DNA of 64,000 nt from Clostridia bacterium (GCA_017397955.1 JAFQHL010000031.1:8191-72190); one strand, 5' to 3'. Positions 47,805-58,893 are shown, numbered from the stretch's first letter. The notes: a model not told the origin generated them from the sequence alone. Numbers and translations are program-made.

Positions 47805-49313
47805 TTGCGTAGTTTTCTTTTCCTTTTTTTGTGTGTTTTGCTTGCGCTGTCTTTTGCGGTGCCCGCTTTTGCACTTGAGGAAAACGCGGCAAAAAACACC
47901 GTTTCTATAAGCCTTACCAACACTGTGGCGGAGTATTCTCCATACGGACACAGGCCTACGGCAGATGCGGGCACTTTTAGCTCTGAGCTTAGGTATGAAG
48001 TAACAGAAAACGAAAGCGGCATGCCGGTTCCTTTGCCTATAATGGAGGTTGGCAGTTATACAGTAAGGGCGTATATCCAAGAAACCGCCACCCACGGCTC
48101 TGCCGAGGCGATTGCCAACTTTACCGTAACGCCCGCTAAGGTTTATTTGTCCGTACCCAACCAAAGCGTTGCCCATACCGCTATGGCAAACCCTGTAAGA
48201 TATTCCGTATCCCCCGCATGGGCGGCAGGAATGTTGGATATAAAAATAAGTTACCGTGCAATAAACTCCCTTTCAGATAAAGGCACAGAAGTCGAAGTGC
48301 CCGTGGATATGGGCAGTTATCTTGTGTATATGGATGCTACACCGCTTAACGAAAAGGTGGAGTGTGCGGGCAAGTACCTTATATACACCGTAGGCGAGGT
48401 GTACGGTGGTCCCGTAACGGAAGAAAAGGCTTTGCTTAGTGTACCCAAGGAGTTTAAAGCAACGGTAGAGACTTTGGATGTCGATTATACGGGAGAACCC
48501 GTTGTACCGCAGTGGAGTGCTAACGTATCGGCGGCGGAATGTACCCTTATGTTCAGCCGTATATATGCGGACGGTACAAGCAGTGCCTATACAAAAACTC
48601 CCCCCACGGACCCAGGCGACTATATTGCGGCTTGCTTTGTTTTGGATACGGTAATAGGCAGCAGCAGGCTTGTTATAAACAAGATGGTTGCAAAGATAAA
48701 TATGGAAGACAGGGTGTATACCTATAATCCTCAGGGAATAGAGATAGAGGAGGCGGTAACGGAGCCTGCGGGTATACTGCTTAAGTACAGCGCATATAAG
48801 TATGTTAACGGTCAAATGGGTGCGGCGGTTGAATTTCCTTTGGTGGAGTGTGGTACCTATCTTATAAGTGCCGCACCGCAGGATACCTACCGTTACAGCT
48901 ACACGGAAAGCGTAAGCTATTGCTACATTACAGTAGAAAAAGCAACACCCATAATAGAAGGCAACGATGTTTTGGCTGTGGAGGACGGCAAATTTAAGGG
49001 CGTAAGCGTAAGCGTGCAGCCCGATTATGCAGATTACAGCGTATCCTATTATAAAGTGCAGGACAACAGCGCAAGCCCTGTTACGGGTGTACCGTCCAAG
49101 GCGGGCACCTATTATGCGGTTGTTACCGTCAAAGAGGATGCCCGTTTGAATTCAGCCACCGCGGTCTACGGGGTTGTTATACAATCCGCCGTGGACGAAA
49201 ACAGCCTTTTTGCCCGTGAGATTATCAAGTGGCTTTGTTTCTTGTTTTGTACCTGCGGGGTAGGCGTGGCACTGTACCACATTATACTTGTAAAGCTTGT
49301 AAGAAGGAGATAG
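47805..49313 (+). CDS. Surface protein with tandem MBG-like beta-sandwich repeats and C-terminal membrane anchor
   Basis: Signal peptide; recurring PxxxGxY motifs (PTDPGDY, PSKAGTY); C-terminal TM plus RRR. Confidence 0.65.
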   Translation: MRSFLFLFLCVLLALSFAVPAFALEENAAKNTVSISLTNTVAEYSPYGHRPTADAGTFSSELRYEVTENESGMPVPLPIMEVGSYTVRAYIQETATHGSAEAIANFTVTPAKVYLSVPNQSVAHTAMANPVRYSVSPAWAAGMLDIKISYRAINSLSDKGTEVEVPVDMGSYLVYMDATPLNEKVECAGKYLIYTVGEVYGGPVTEEKALLSVPKEFKATVETLDVDYTGEPVVPQWSANVSAAECTLMFSRIYADGTSSAYTKTPPTDPGDYIAACFVLDTVIGSSRLVINKMVAKINMEDRVYTYNPQGIEIEEAVTEPAGILLKYSAYKYVNGQMGAAVEFPLVECGTYLISAAPQDTYRYSYTESVSYCYITVEKATPIIEGNDVLAVEDGKFKGVSVSVQPDYADYSVSYYKVQDNSASPVTGVPSKAGTYYAVVTVKEDARLNSATAVYGVVIQSAVDENSLFAREIIKWLCFLFCTCGVGVALYHIILVKLVRRR

Positions 49314-49317
49314 TACT

Positions 49318-50151
49318 GTGAATATATTAGAAGCTGTAGTTTACGGCGTAGTACAGGGCGTTGCGGAGTTTTTGCCCATATCCAGCTCAGGACATTTGGC
49401 ACTGGCGCAAAACTTTTTCGGCAGTCGCAGTATAGACGATTTATTTACGTTTAACATACTATTGCATTTCGGCACCCTTGTTGCGGTGTTTATTATGTAC
49501 GCCGCGGATGTTTGGCAACTTATAAAAAGCGCGTTTTCCTTGCTTGCCCGTCCTTTCAATGGCAAACTGAAGCAACCTCTTAACAGCGGTGAAAAGCTGT
49601 TTGTTATGCTTTGCATAGGCACGCTGGTGCTTATCCCCGCCGCTTTGCTTTCCGATAAGGTGGAAGCGTTGTCATCCGTAAGCTGGGCAATAGGCGTTTT
49701 GCTTTTGATAAATGGCTGTATGCTGTTTGTTTCCGATCGCTTAAGCCGCGGTAACGAAGATTTGGAGCAAAGCAAACTGCGTCGCGCTCTGTATATAGGG
49801 CTGTTTCAGCTGGGTGGCGTTTTGCCGGGTATATCCAGATCCGGCAGTACCATAACGGGCGGTCTTTTTAATAACTTAAACCGTAAAGAAGCATTAAGAT
49901 TTTCCTTCTTGCTTTCAATTCCCGCCATTTTGGGCGCAAATCTTTTGGAGCTTGTATCGCTTGACGGTGATTTGTTCGGCGCGGTTGGCATATCTGCCTG
50001 CCTTGCAGGTATGGCGGCGGCGGCGTTATCGGGCATATTTGCTATAAAAATACTTAACTATTTTGCAAAAAAGAAAAACTTTACCGTTTTTGCCGTTTAC
50101 TGCTTTGCGGTAGGTATGGCGGCTATAATAGGTGATTTGTTTATAAAATAA
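49318..50151 (+). CDS. uppP: Undecaprenyl-diphosphate phosphatase
   Basis: QGVAEFLPISSSGHL, HFGT, PGISRSG, FSFLLSIP. Confidence 0.96.
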   Translation: MNILEAVVYGVVQGVAEFLPISSSGHLALAQNFFGSRSIDDLFTFNILLHFGTLVAVFIMYAADVWQLIKSAFSLLARPFNGKLKQPLNSGEKLFVMLCIGTLVLIPAALLSDKVEALSSVSWAIGVLLLINGCMLFVSDRLSRGNEDLEQSKLRRALYIGLFQLGGVLPGISRSGSTITGGLFNNLNRKEALRFSFLLSIPAILGANLLELVSLDGDLFGAVGISACLAGMAAAALSGIFAIKILNYFAKKKNFTVFAVYCFAVGMAAIIGDLFIK

Positions 50152-50205
50152 GGGTGAGAGCTTTTGGGGCTTCTCTACGTCAAATAATAACAGAACGGGA
50201 ATAAT

Positions 50206-52803
50206 ATGGCAGAAAAGAAAAAAACTAACAGTAACACTAAAAAAACACCCGCCCGCAAACCTGCGGGCAAAACCAACGGCGGTGCAAAGCGCACGGTAAC
50301 TCCTCAAAAAAAGGATAGGTCTGCCTTGGGGCTTATCATCACCTTGGTAGTAAGCGCATTGCTTTTGCTTATGCTGTTCGTAAAGGATATGGCGGTTGTT
50401 GGCGAATACCTGCGTCCTGCCGTCATGGGCGTTATGGGCTTTTGGGGCATGGCTTTACTGCCCTTTTATTTGATAAATCTTATACGCACCTGGTATAAGG
50501 ACAGAAAGAACGATAAGGTTGCGGCAAAATGGTTTTTGTCTGCCCTAAGCTTCTTACTGTTTCTTGCAATATTGCACCGCTTTACCGCGGGCGGTGGCGA
50601 GCTTTTGACATTAAAGGGAAATATGTTTGCCGCAGGCAAAGCAGGCAAAGGCGCGGGCGTTTTAGGCGGTTACCTTTATGTGTCGCTTTCTGCTCTTTTA
50701 GGCTCGGTTGCTACGGCAATAGTGTGTTGGACTTTGTTTTTGCTTACCTTGCCTTTGCTGTTTGACACAACGCCACTTAAGGTTTTGCGCTTTGTAGTAA
50801 ACGGCATACGCACCGTTACCGTGCAGGTAAGTGATGATGTTTATGACGACGGGGAAGAGCTTAGTGCCGTTGTGGAAACTCCCACAAAGAAAAACGTGGG
50901 CAGGGCAGGGGCAGAGCTTAGGGAGCCTCCTCAACGCACTACCACCGAAAAGAAGAAAAAGGTACACCTTATCACCGAGGAGGATTTACCTTATAACGAG
51001 ATTACTACTATTCCCGAACAAATAGAAATCAACCGTACTCGCAAGGCAAAGAAGGTTGAAGAAAAGCCCTTGTATAAGGAGCTTCCTGTTGAGCCTGCTT
51101 TGCAAGAGTCTGATTTGGAAGAACCTGATGTTTCCGAGGAGCCTGTTGTTGAGGTACAGCCCGTGGAACAGCCCGCTTTTGAAAAAACTGTTTTGGAAGC
51201 TCCCATACAGGAAGACCCTGTTGTTACTGATACTCTTGAGGAAGAGCCTGAGGATAAGGGATCCCTTCCTCCCGTTACCGTAGATAAGGAAACGGTTAAC
51301 AACGATGTACCTTATATGTTTCCTCCGCTTAGTTTGCTTGCACCTAAGGAAAGAAGCACCCTTGGTATGTCTGCGGAGGAAAGCCGTCGTACAAGCGAGC
51401 TGCTTATAGATACACTTTCCAATTTCGGCGTTGGCGCAAAGCTTATCAATACCAGCCACGGTCCTACCGTTACCCGTTTTGAACTTCAGCCCGATACGGG
51501 TGTAAGAGTACGCAAAATCTCTAATTTAAGTGACGATATCGCTTTGCATCTTGCGGCAACCAGCGTAAGAATAGAAGCACCTATCCCCGGCAAATCCGCC
51601 GTGGGTATAGAAATTCCCAACAAGACAAAGAGCATTGTAAGGCTTAGAGAATTACTTGAGGATTACGGCTACAAAAACGCCAAAAGCAACCTGCTTTGTT
51701 GCTTAGGTATGGACGTTGTAGGCAACCCCGTACATCTGGATATATCCAAAATGCCCCACCTGCTTATAGCGGGTGCTACGGGTATGGGTAAATCCGTTTG
51801 TATCAATTCCCTTATAGTATCTTTGCTTTACCGTGCCCGCCCCGACGAGGTTAAGCTTATACTTATCGACCCCAAAAAGGTAGAGTTTGCAGATTATAAC
51901 GGTATCCCTCATCTTCTTGTACCCGTAGTGACCGAGCCTAAAAAGGCGGCAGGTTCACTAAGCTGGGCGGTTATGGAAATGGAACGCCGTTTCTCCGAGA
52001 TACAGGAGGTTGGCGCAAGAAATCTGGAAGAGTACAACGAGTTTACTGCAGACGACCCCGAAAAAGAATACATTCCTCAGGTGGTTATAGTTATCGACGA
52101 GCTGGCTGACCTTATGATGACAGCTCCCTCTGAGGTGGAAAACTCCATTTGCCGTCTTGCACAGAAGGCAAGAGCGGCGGGTATGTACCTTATTATCGGT
52201 ACTCAAAGACCTTCCGTTGACGTTATTACAGGTCTTATTAAGGCAAATATCCCTTCCCGTATCGCCTGCAAGGTTGCATCTCAGGTGGACAGCCGTACCA
52301 TACTTGATATTACAGGTGCGGAAAAACTGCTTGGCAAGGGTGATATGCTTTATAACCCCGTTGGCGCAACAAAGCCTTTGCGTGTTCAGGGTGCCTTTGT
52401 AGAGGGCAGGGAGGTTATATCTGTCTGCACATATCTTAAGGAGGCGGCAGAAGCGCATTACAGCGAAGACGTAATGCAGATAATAGAAAAAGAAGCACAG
52501 CTTTGCGGTGAAAAAGGCTCTAAACGCGCCGCTGAGGCAGATGCAGAGGATGGCGGAAATATGGACCCCTTGGAGCTTGATGCACTTGAGGTGGGCTTGG
52601 ATTGCGAATCAATTTCCACATCATTGCTACAGCGCAGACTTGCTATCGGTTACGCCCGCGCCGCAAGGATTATAGACAAGCTGGAAGCAAAAGGGCTCAT
52701 CAGTCCCTATGATTCTGCTACCAAAAAGCGCGTAGTGACTATTTCAAGGGAAGGCTTGGCGCAAATGAAGATGAATGCTGTTGACGGAGGACACGCAGAA
52801 TGA
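50206..52803 (+). CDS. ftsK: DNA translocase FtsK/SpoIIIE
   Basis: N-terminal TMs; GPTVTRFE, PHLLIAGATGMGKS, IDELADLM, TQRPSVDV, gamma domain LQRRLAIGYARAAR. Confidence 0.96.
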   Translation: MAEKKKTNSNTKKTPARKPAGKTNGGAKRTVTPQKKDRSALGLIITLVVSALLLLMLFVKDMAVVGEYLRPAVMGVMGFWGMALLPFYLINLIRTWYKDRKNDKVAAKWFLSALSFLLFLAILHRFTAGGGELLTLKGNMFAAGKAGKGAGVLGGYLYVSLSALLGSVATAIVCWTLFLLTLPLLFDTTPLKVLRFVVNGIRTVTVQVSDDVYDDGEELSAVVETPTKKNVGRAGAELREPPQRTTTEKKKKVHLITEEDLPYNEITTIPEQIEINRTRKAKKVEEKPLYKELPVEPALQESDLEEPDVSEEPVVEVQPVEQPAFEKTVLEAPIQEDPVVTDTLEEEPEDKGSLPPVTVDKETVNNDVPYMFPPLSLLAPKERSTLGMSAEESRRTSELLIDTLSNFGVGAKLINTSHGPTVTRFELQPDTGVRVRKISNLSDDIALHLAATSVRIEAPIPGKSAVGIEIPNKTKSIVRLRELLEDYGYKNAKSNLLCCLGMDVVGNPVHLDISKMPHLLIAGATGMGKSVCINSLIVSLLYRARPDEVKLILIDPKKVEFADYNGIPHLLVPVVTEPKKAAGSLSWAVMEMERRFSEIQEVGARNLEEYNEFTADDPEKEYIPQVVIVIDELADLMMTAPSEVENSICRLAQKARAAGMYLIIGTQRPSVDVITGLIKANIPSRIACKVASQVDSRTILDITGAEKLLGKGDMLYNPVGATKPLRVQGAFVEGREVISVCTYLKEAAEAHYSEDVMQIIEKEAQLCGEKGSKRAAEADAEDGGNMDPLELDALEVGLDCESISTSLLQRRLAIGYARAARIIDKLEAKGLISPYDSATKKRVVTISREGLAQMKMNAVDGGHAE

Positions 52804-53381
52804 TAAAGCAAAAGCTTATAATTCTTTCCGTGTTATTGCTTGTTGCCGTGGTATCAAGTGTAGTTGTGTTTACCGCTTGTGGCAATAAGGATGCGGTTAG
52901 CTTTGAGGGTACGGATGACAAAAGCAGCCCCATAGAAACAGCAATAACCGCCATAGTTAACGGCGATGGAGAGGGCTACTATTCCGCATTTCCGCCGGAG
53001 CTTAAAGAGGCGTACGAGGATGGATATGTAATAAAAGGCACTTTTGCGCCCTGCAATACTATGTCAGAGTACCTTACAAACTATATGGTAAAGGTAAACA
53101 AGGCAAACTATGGCGAGGATTATACCCTTGCGGTAGAGTTTTTTGGTGAAGAACAGATTACCGTTGCCGAGCTTGATGACATGAACAACGACCCTAATCT
53201 GGACTATTACACCTATAAAAGATTTGTTACAGAAGAAAACACCGAGGAGGTATGGCGCATAAAGCTTAAGCTAAGCTATGAAGGTAGCTACGGCAACGAG
53301 GAAAAGGAGCAAAGCGTTTATGTGGTAAAGCAGGATGGCTGTTGGTACCTGCACCCTCATTTTGTATTTTTTGGCTTTTAA
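52800..53381 (+). CDS. Putative lipoprotein (NTF2-like fold possible)
   Basis: Lipobox FTAC; C-terminal VVKQDGCWYL. Confidence 0.65.
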   Translation: MIKQKLIILSVLLLVAVVSSVVVFTACGNKDAVSFEGTDDKSSPIETAITAIVNGDGEGYYSAFPPELKEAYEDGYVIKGTFAPCNTMSEYLTNYMVKVNKANYGEDYTLAVEFFGEEQITVAELDDMNNDPNLDYYTYKRFVTEENTEEVWRIKLKLSYEGSYGNEEKEQSVYVVKQDGCWYLHPHFVFFGF

Positions 53382-53393
53382 AGGGTTTATAGG

Positions 53394-53834
53394 ATGAATG
53401 TAAAAAAATCGGATTTAATAAAAGAGTTTTTTCGTTACGCTTGTGTCGGCGGAATAGCTTTTTTGGTGGATTTTGGCATATTTGCTTTGCTTAGAGAGTT
53501 TATATTTACAGGGGAAGGAAAGACTGCACTTGTTGTTTCCACCGCCGCAGGCTTTTTAGCGGGGCTTACCGTAAACTACCTGTTGTCAATGGCTGTGGTT
53601 TTTCGCAGCGAAAATCAGCAAAAGCAAGGGAAAACCAAAAAGGCGTTCTTTGTGTTTGCCGCCGTCGGTGTGATAGGGCTTTTTCTAACGGAGCTGTTAC
53701 AGCTGGCGGGAGAGGGCATTGTTGGTGACCGTTTGGGTGAGCTTGGCAAGTACGCCGTAAAGATTTGCGTAACGGGTATTGTTTTGTTATGGAATTACGC
53801 GGGCAGAAAAATTTTTGTTTTTAAAGGAGAATAG
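53394..53834 (+). CDS. GtrA family flippase-like protein
   Basis: [21 protein letters not shown]...[12 protein letters not shown]. Confidence 0.9.
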   Translation: MNVKKSDLIKEFFRYACVGGIAFLVDFGIFALLREFIFTGEGKTALVVSTAAGFLAGLTVNYLLSMAVVFRSENQQKQGKTKKAFFVFAAVGVIGLFLTELLQLAGEGIVGDRLGELGKYAVKICVTGIVLLWNYAGRKIFVFKGE

Positions 53835-53836
53835 GC

Positions 53837-55390
53837 ATGAAGAATAAAAAACACGCCGTTATTATAGGTGCAGGCCCCGCAGGGCTTACCGCCGCTTATG
53901 AGCTGCTTACAAAAACCGATATTCTGCCTATTGTCATAGAAGAAAGTCCTTTTATGGGTGGTATATCCCGTACCGCAAACCACAAAGGAAACCGTATGGA
54001 TTTGGGCGGTCACCGCTTTTTCTCCAAGGATAAGCGGGTAACAGATTTTTGGCAGATGTTGTTGCCCACCCAAGGCGCTCCGTCTTCCGACGATATAATA
54101 ACGGGAAATGTTAAGCCCCTTGCAGAGGGTGGTCCCGACCCCGAAAAAGAGGATAAGGTTATGCTTGTGCGTACCCGTGTATCCCGCATATTTTATTTGC
54201 GTAAATTTTTTGATTATCCTATCTCCATGAAAGCTGAAACCTTTAAGAATATGGGCTTTGGCAGGACGGTTAAAAGCGGTTTTGGCTATCTTAAAAGCTG
54301 TGCTTTTAAAAAGCCGGAGACCAACCTTAAAAACTTTTATATAAACCGCTTTGGCAAACCCTTGTACGAGATGTTTTTTGAGGATTATACGGAAAAGCTT
54401 TGGGGCGTTAATCCGGAGAATATCTCTGCCGACTGGGGCGCACAGCGGGTTAAGGGATTGTCGCTGAAAAAAGCCTTGCTTTCTATGCTTAAAAAAGATA
54501 AAAGCCAAACGGAAACCTCACTTATAGAGCAGTTTATATATCCCAAAAAGGGCCCCGGTCAGCTGTGGGAGACCTTGGCAGACAAGGTGGCAGAGCTTGG
54601 CGGAATAATACTTACGGAAACAAAAGCTTTGGGCGTAATAAGCGAGGGGAACAAAATAACAGGTGTGCGCGTGCTTAGGGAAGGTAAGGAAAGCGTGTTG
54701 GACTGTGACTATGCGCTGTCTTCCATGCCCGTAAAGGACTTGATAGCAGGCTTTGACAGCGCACCCGACGATGTGCGTAGGATAGCTGAGGAATTGCCTT
54801 ATCGTGATTTTATAACCGTAGGTTTGCTTGTGGACAAGCTGCTGCTTGAGAACAAAACCAATATGAAGACCGTTGGTAACATAGTCCCCGACTGTTGGAT
54901 ATATATACAGGAGCGGGATGTAAAGCTTGGCAGACTTCAAATATTCAACAACTGGTCGCCCTATATGGTTGCCGACCCGAAAAACACCGTGTTTATGGGC
55001 TTGGAGTATTTTTGTAACGAAGGCGACGATATGTGGAATATGACGGAGGAGGAGTTTATAAACTTCGCCATAGACGAAGTGGAAAAGATAGATATCCTCC
55101 GCCGTGCCGATGTTAAGGACAGCGTGTGCTTGAAGGTTAAGAAGGCATACCCCGCCTATTTCGGTGCCTACGGGCAGTTTGACAGGGTAAGGGGATTCTT
55201 GGACGGCTTTGAAAACCTGTTCTGTATCGGCAGAAACGGTCAGCACCGTTACAACAATATGGACCACTCTATGCTTACCGCTATGGAGGCGGTGGATGCA
55301 ATATCTAAGGGTAGTACGGATAAACAGGCGGTTTGGGAGGTCAACACAGAAAAAGAGTACCACGAAACCGCTAAAAATGAGGAGAACTGA
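53837..55390 (+). CDS. FAD-dependent oxidoreductase (UDP-galactopyranose mutase / HemY-like)
   Basis: [43 protein letters not shown]. Confidence 0.85.
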   Translation: MKNKKHAVIIGAGPAGLTAAYELLTKTDILPIVIEESPFMGGISRTANHKGNRMDLGGHRFFSKDKRVTDFWQMLLPTQGAPSSDDIITGNVKPLAEGGPDPEKEDKVMLVRTRVSRIFYLRKFFDYPISMKAETFKNMGFGRTVKSGFGYLKSCAFKKPETNLKNFYINRFGKPLYEMFFEDYTEKLWGVNPENISADWGAQRVKGLSLKKALLSMLKKDKSQTETSLIEQFIYPKKGPGQLWETLADKVAELGGIILTETKALGVISEGNKITGVRVLREGKESVLDCDYALSSMPVKDLIAGFDSAPDDVRRIAEELPYRDFITVGLLVDKLLLENKTNMKTVGNIVPDCWIYIQERDVKLGRLQIFNNWSPYMVADPKNTVFMGLEYFCNEGDDMWNMTEEEFINFAIDEVEKIDILRRADVKDSVCLKVKKAYPAYFGAYGQFDRVRGFLDGFENLFCIGRNGQHRYNNMDHSMLTAMEAVDAISKGSTDKQAVWEVNTEKEYHETAKNEEN

Positions 55391-55392
55391 CC

Positions 55393-57405
55393 GTGGATAA
55401 CCAAGCTTTTACTCTTACGGAAAAACAGCCTTGGTACAAAAGCCTGTTCTACGGCAGTACCTTGTTTGATTTCTGCATGGCACATCCTTATATAACCACG
55501 GCTTTTTTCAGCCTGTGCTGTCTGTTCATAGGTCAACAGCATCAGATACTTAAGGGAAATGCCTGTTATATGCTGGGTACAAACGGTAGCTTTATAGTCT
55601 TGCCGCGGCTTTGCCTTGTCATTGCGGTATTGTTTCTTGCGGTACAGCTGGGTTTTGGCATAAAATCGCGCTTAAATCCCGCGGCAGAGGATAACGGCAC
55701 TCCAAGGCTTATTGCTACGGCGGCGGTATTACTCTCCGTTTTTAGCTTTGGCTTTTTCGGCTTTAATGTTATCAGCCTGTATACGGTTGCCGTGCTTGCT
55801 GCACTTTGCCTTTGTGTTGGATTTCCTCCCGCAAAGGCGCTGATGCGGGCGGCGGCTGTGCTTGGCGGTGCGGGCGGAATACATTATCTTTCTTTTTCTC
55901 AGTATACCGTGGCGGAAAAGACCGTGCTTTTTGCGGCAATTATCTCTGCGGCAAGCCTTATTGTGCTTGCGGCAGACGAGGGCGTTAAGGTTAAGCACGT
56001 GCTGGGCATAATGTTTCTTATGGGCTTCGCACTCCGCCTGGGATATGTGCTTGACGTAAGCCTGCCTGATAACCAGCACGACGTTTTTTCAATATATTTT
56101 AACGCAAAATATCCGCGCCATAACACCTACATTTGGCATATATACGAAACAGGCAGTCTGCCCACAGAAAACGTTTACGCACCCAATTCCTTATCCCAAA
56201 TGTATCACCCGCCTTTGCATCATTATACGGCGGCGTTGTGGATGCGGTTTCAAAATCTGCTGGGGATTGATGCTTTTGCCGCCTATGAAAACGTTCAGTA
56301 CCTAACGCTTTTTTATTCAACAGCTGTTATGGTTGCGGCGGATAAGCTGTTTTGTCACTTTAAATTCAGCGGTGGACTTCGTATGGCGTTATTTGCGCTT
56401 ATAGCCTTCCATCCAAGCTTTTTTATACTTGCGGGCAGTGTAAATAACGATGCGCTTTGCGTTTTGCTTATGTTCATAGCGGCGTTGTTTTCTGTGCGTT
56501 GGTACGGTAATCCAAGCCTTTACAACACGGTGTGTCTGGCATTTGCCATCGGCGGCGCAATGCTGGCAAAGCTTTCGGGCGCTGTGGTAGCTTTTGGCAC
56601 CGCCTATCTTATGCTGGCAAAGCTTTTGGATTTACGGACAGGCATAGTCAACAACTTTAAGAATTTGTGGCATCGTTTTGTGGTCTTTGGCGCAATATGC
56701 TTCCCCTTAGGACTTTGGTGGTCATTACGCTGTAATCTTCTTTACGGGATGCCCCTTGGCTATGTACCCAGTATGGGGCGTGAGGGCAACCCACAGTTTT
56801 TGAAAGGCTTTAGCTATTGGGAACGCTTAAGCGGCAAGGGCACACTAAGTCTTTCAAACCCGTTCCCAAATATCGGCTTAACCGATATCATGGGAAACGA
56901 AGGGGAATTTTATGATTACGGCATAGCCCCCTACGCCTTTAAATCTTCCTTCTTTGGGGAGTATTTTAACAAGCTAAACACGTCCGACTTGCAGCACATA
57001 TTGGCGTGTGTTATGGCTTTTGCCGCACTGGTGCTTATACTGTACAGCGTTGTCGGGATGTTGATAGGCTTTTACGTAGGTTATCGCAACGACCGCAACC
57101 ACAACATCCGCAAAAATGCGTTTTTACAGCAGGGTCAAGAGCAACCCTTTAGGTTTGTGCTTATCTTTCATTTGGCAATGCTTGCAAGCTATACGGTGTT
57201 TTGCTTTGAATATCCCTTCACCTGCACTATGGATTTCCGTTATATCGTGCCCTGTTTGCTTACGGGCGCGGTTGGGGCAGGGGTATTACTTTCCGGTGAT
57301 TACAGATGGAAGAAGCCTTTAAGGTATGCGTATATAGCCGTAACCGTTGTATTCTGCCTTTCCTCAGCGGTGTTTTACGCTATAAGTTACGGCACAGCCG
57401 CGTAA
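55393..57405 (+). CDS. Polytopic GT-C glycosyltransferase (ArnT/PMT-like)
   Basis: QHD, YHPPLHH, SVNNDAL, AKLSG, DFRY motifs among many TM helices. Confidence 0.75.
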   Translation: MDNQAFTLTEKQPWYKSLFYGSTLFDFCMAHPYITTAFFSLCCLFIGQQHQILKGNACYMLGTNGSFIVLPRLCLVIAVLFLAVQLGFGIKSRLNPAAEDNGTPRLIATAAVLLSVFSFGFFGFNVISLYTVAVLAALCLCVGFPPAKALMRAAAVLGGAGGIHYLSFSQYTVAEKTVLFAAIISAASLIVLAADEGVKVKHVLGIMFLMGFALRLGYVLDVSLPDNQHDVFSIYFNAKYPRHNTYIWHIYETGSLPTENVYAPNSLSQMYHPPLHHYTAALWMRFQNLLGIDAFAAYENVQYLTLFYSTAVMVAADKLFCHFKFSGGLRMALFALIAFHPSFFILAGSVNNDALCVLLMFIAALFSVRWYGNPSLYNTVCLAFAIGGAMLAKLSGAVVAFGTAYLMLAKLLDLRTGIVNNFKNLWHRFVVFGAICFPLGLWWSLRCNLLYGMPLGYVPSMGREGNPQFLKGFSYWERLSGKGTLSLSNPFPNIGLTDIMGNEGEFYDYGIAPYAFKSSFFGEYFNKLNTSDLQHILACVMAFAALVLILYSVVGMLIGFYVGYRNDRNHNIRKNAFLQQGQEQPFRFVLIFHLAMLASYTVFCFEYPFTCTMDFRYIVPCLLTGAVGAGVLLSGDYRWKKPLRYAYIAVTVVFCLSSAVFYAISYGTAA

Positions 57406-57422
57406 GCTAAAATAACAAAAGA

Positions 57423-57525
57423 AGGACCGAACTCCAAGTATCAGGAGTCGGTCCTGTTTTTATATACCATGCCGCTATAGCGGTTCGTATAAAAATCCCC
57501 CCGCGGAAAACCGCAGGGGGAAATT
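57423..57525. terminator. Terminator hairpins between convergent genes
   Basis: AGGACCGAACTCC...GGAGTCGGTCCTGTTTTT and CCCCCCGCGG-AAAA-CCGCAGGGGG. Confidence 0.7.
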
Positions 57526-57555
57526 ATTAGCTTTGTGTTATCTTAAGACCGTTAA

Positions 57556-58725
57556 TTACTTAACCTTCTTAGCAACTACAACGCCTGCCATGGAAACAAC
57601 TGCGAGAACTGCAAATACTGCAAGACCTGCGTCGCCGGTGGAAGGAGTAGAGTTGTTGCCGGGCTGTTCAACGGAAGTGTTGTCGTCTTCAGATTCAACA
57701 GGAGCGTTTTCGGAAGGATCGTCAACGGAAACGTCTTCGGAAGGATCGTCAACGGAAACGTCTTCGGAAGGATCGTCAACAGAAACGTCTTCGGAAGGAT
57801 CGTCAACGGAAACGTCTTCGGAAGGATCGTCAACAGAAACGTCTTCGGAAGGATCGTCAACGGAAACGTCTTCGGAAGGATCGTCAACGGGATCGGATTC
57901 GGAAGGATCGTCAACGGGATCGGATTCGGAAGGATCGTCAACGGGATCGGATTCGGAAGGATCGTCAACGGGCTCAGATTCGGAAGGATCGTTTACAGGA
58001 GGCTGTTCAGAAACGGGTTCGCCGCCGTAAACTTCGATTTCGTCGAACTGAAGAATGAAGCCTCTGTTGGAACCAGAACCGTTGTCATCACAATAGAAAT
58101 TGCCGTATTCAGCTTCGGGGCAAGAAGTGTCAAGAATTACTCTGATATAGGAAGCGTTAACGGTTGCAAAGGAAGCAGTGATATCGAAAATCATATCTCT
58201 GTTGTCAGCGGGAAGGTTTGTACCATAGTTAACGTTGCCCTGTTCGGAGTTAGCAACAACATCAAATCTCTTGGTGTAGTCAACTGCGGACCAGTTTGAA
58301 CCGTCAGAAGAAACTTCAACACCAACAAGGTTGCCTATACGGTTGCCGTAAATCTTAACAACGCGAACAACTACAGAAGAGATGCCCTTTTCTGCGCCAA
58401 GATTGAAGGTGTAGGTGTAGTTTCTTAAAGAACCCTTCATTTCAAGGGAGATACCAGCAGCAGCGTCCTTGATTTTGGATTCTTCGGTACCAACACGAAC
58501 CTTACCATCGGTAACCTGACCGGACCAAAGTTCCATAGTAGAGCCCTCTGTAGGAGGATTGCTGTGGTCACCAAGGTTGGGACTGTAGTATTCAAGAACT
58601 TCGTCGCTGGATACGAGGGTATAGGATTTACCTGCAACGAGGTTGGTGTCAGCTGCGCTTGCGGAAACTGCGAAGCAGCAAGCTACCATTACGGATGCGA
58701 GAAGAAATGCGATAAGCTTTTTCAT
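57556..58725 (-). CDS. Secreted wall-anchored protein: beta-sandwich (discoidin/CBM-like) domain, acidic repeat stalk, PSTGD sorting signal
   Basis: Signal peptide ending ASA; EVSSDGSNW...YIRV...DEIEVYG; DDPSE repeats; PSTGD-TM-KKVK. Confidence 0.8.
   Translation of the reverse strand: MKKLIAFLLASVMVACCFAVSASAADTNLVAGKSYTLVSSDEVLEYYSPNLGDHSNPPTEGSTMELWSGQVTDGKVRVGTEESKIKDAAAGISLEMKGSLRNYTYTFNLGAEKGISSVVVRVVKIYGNRIGNLVGVEVSSDGSNWSAVDYTKRFDVVANSEQGNVNYGTNLPADNRDMIFDITASFATVNASYIRVILDTSCPEAEYGNFYCDDNGSGSNRGFILQFDEIEVYGGEPVSEQPPVNDPSESEPVDDPSESDPVDDPSESDPVDDPSESDPVDDPSEDVSVDDPSEDVSVDDPSEDVSVDDPSEDVSVDDPSEDVSVDDPSEDVSVDDPSENAPVESEDDNTSVEQPGNNSTPSTGDAGLAVFAVLAVVSMAGVVVAKKVK
57709..57996. repeat. 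Coding tandem repeat, 27-bp unit, about 10.7 copies
   Basis: TTCGGAAGGATCGTCAACGGAAACGTC-type x6 then ...GGGATCGGA-type x4 plus a partial unit. Confidence 0.95.
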
Positions 58726-58893
58726 CTTTCTTTTTCCTTTCTTTGTTTTATTTTTTTTGCTGATGAAAAATGGCTGTTAACAGGCAAAGCCATATTAACT
58801 ACCATATATTAACACAATTGGATTTAGTTGTCAATATATTTTTTTGCTTTTCTAACGCCTTTGCCTATATTTTATGCAGTAAAACAAATGTAA

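Noticed and set aside
57709-57996. Possible CRISPR array
   Set aside because: Repeats are contiguous with no unique spacers, are a multiple of 3 and lie inside a CDS; no cas genes in the window
57533-58030. Plus-strand SEGSSTETS repeat ORF
   Set aside because: Antisense frame of the repeat; the minus-strand ORF has the signal peptide, RBS and sorting signal
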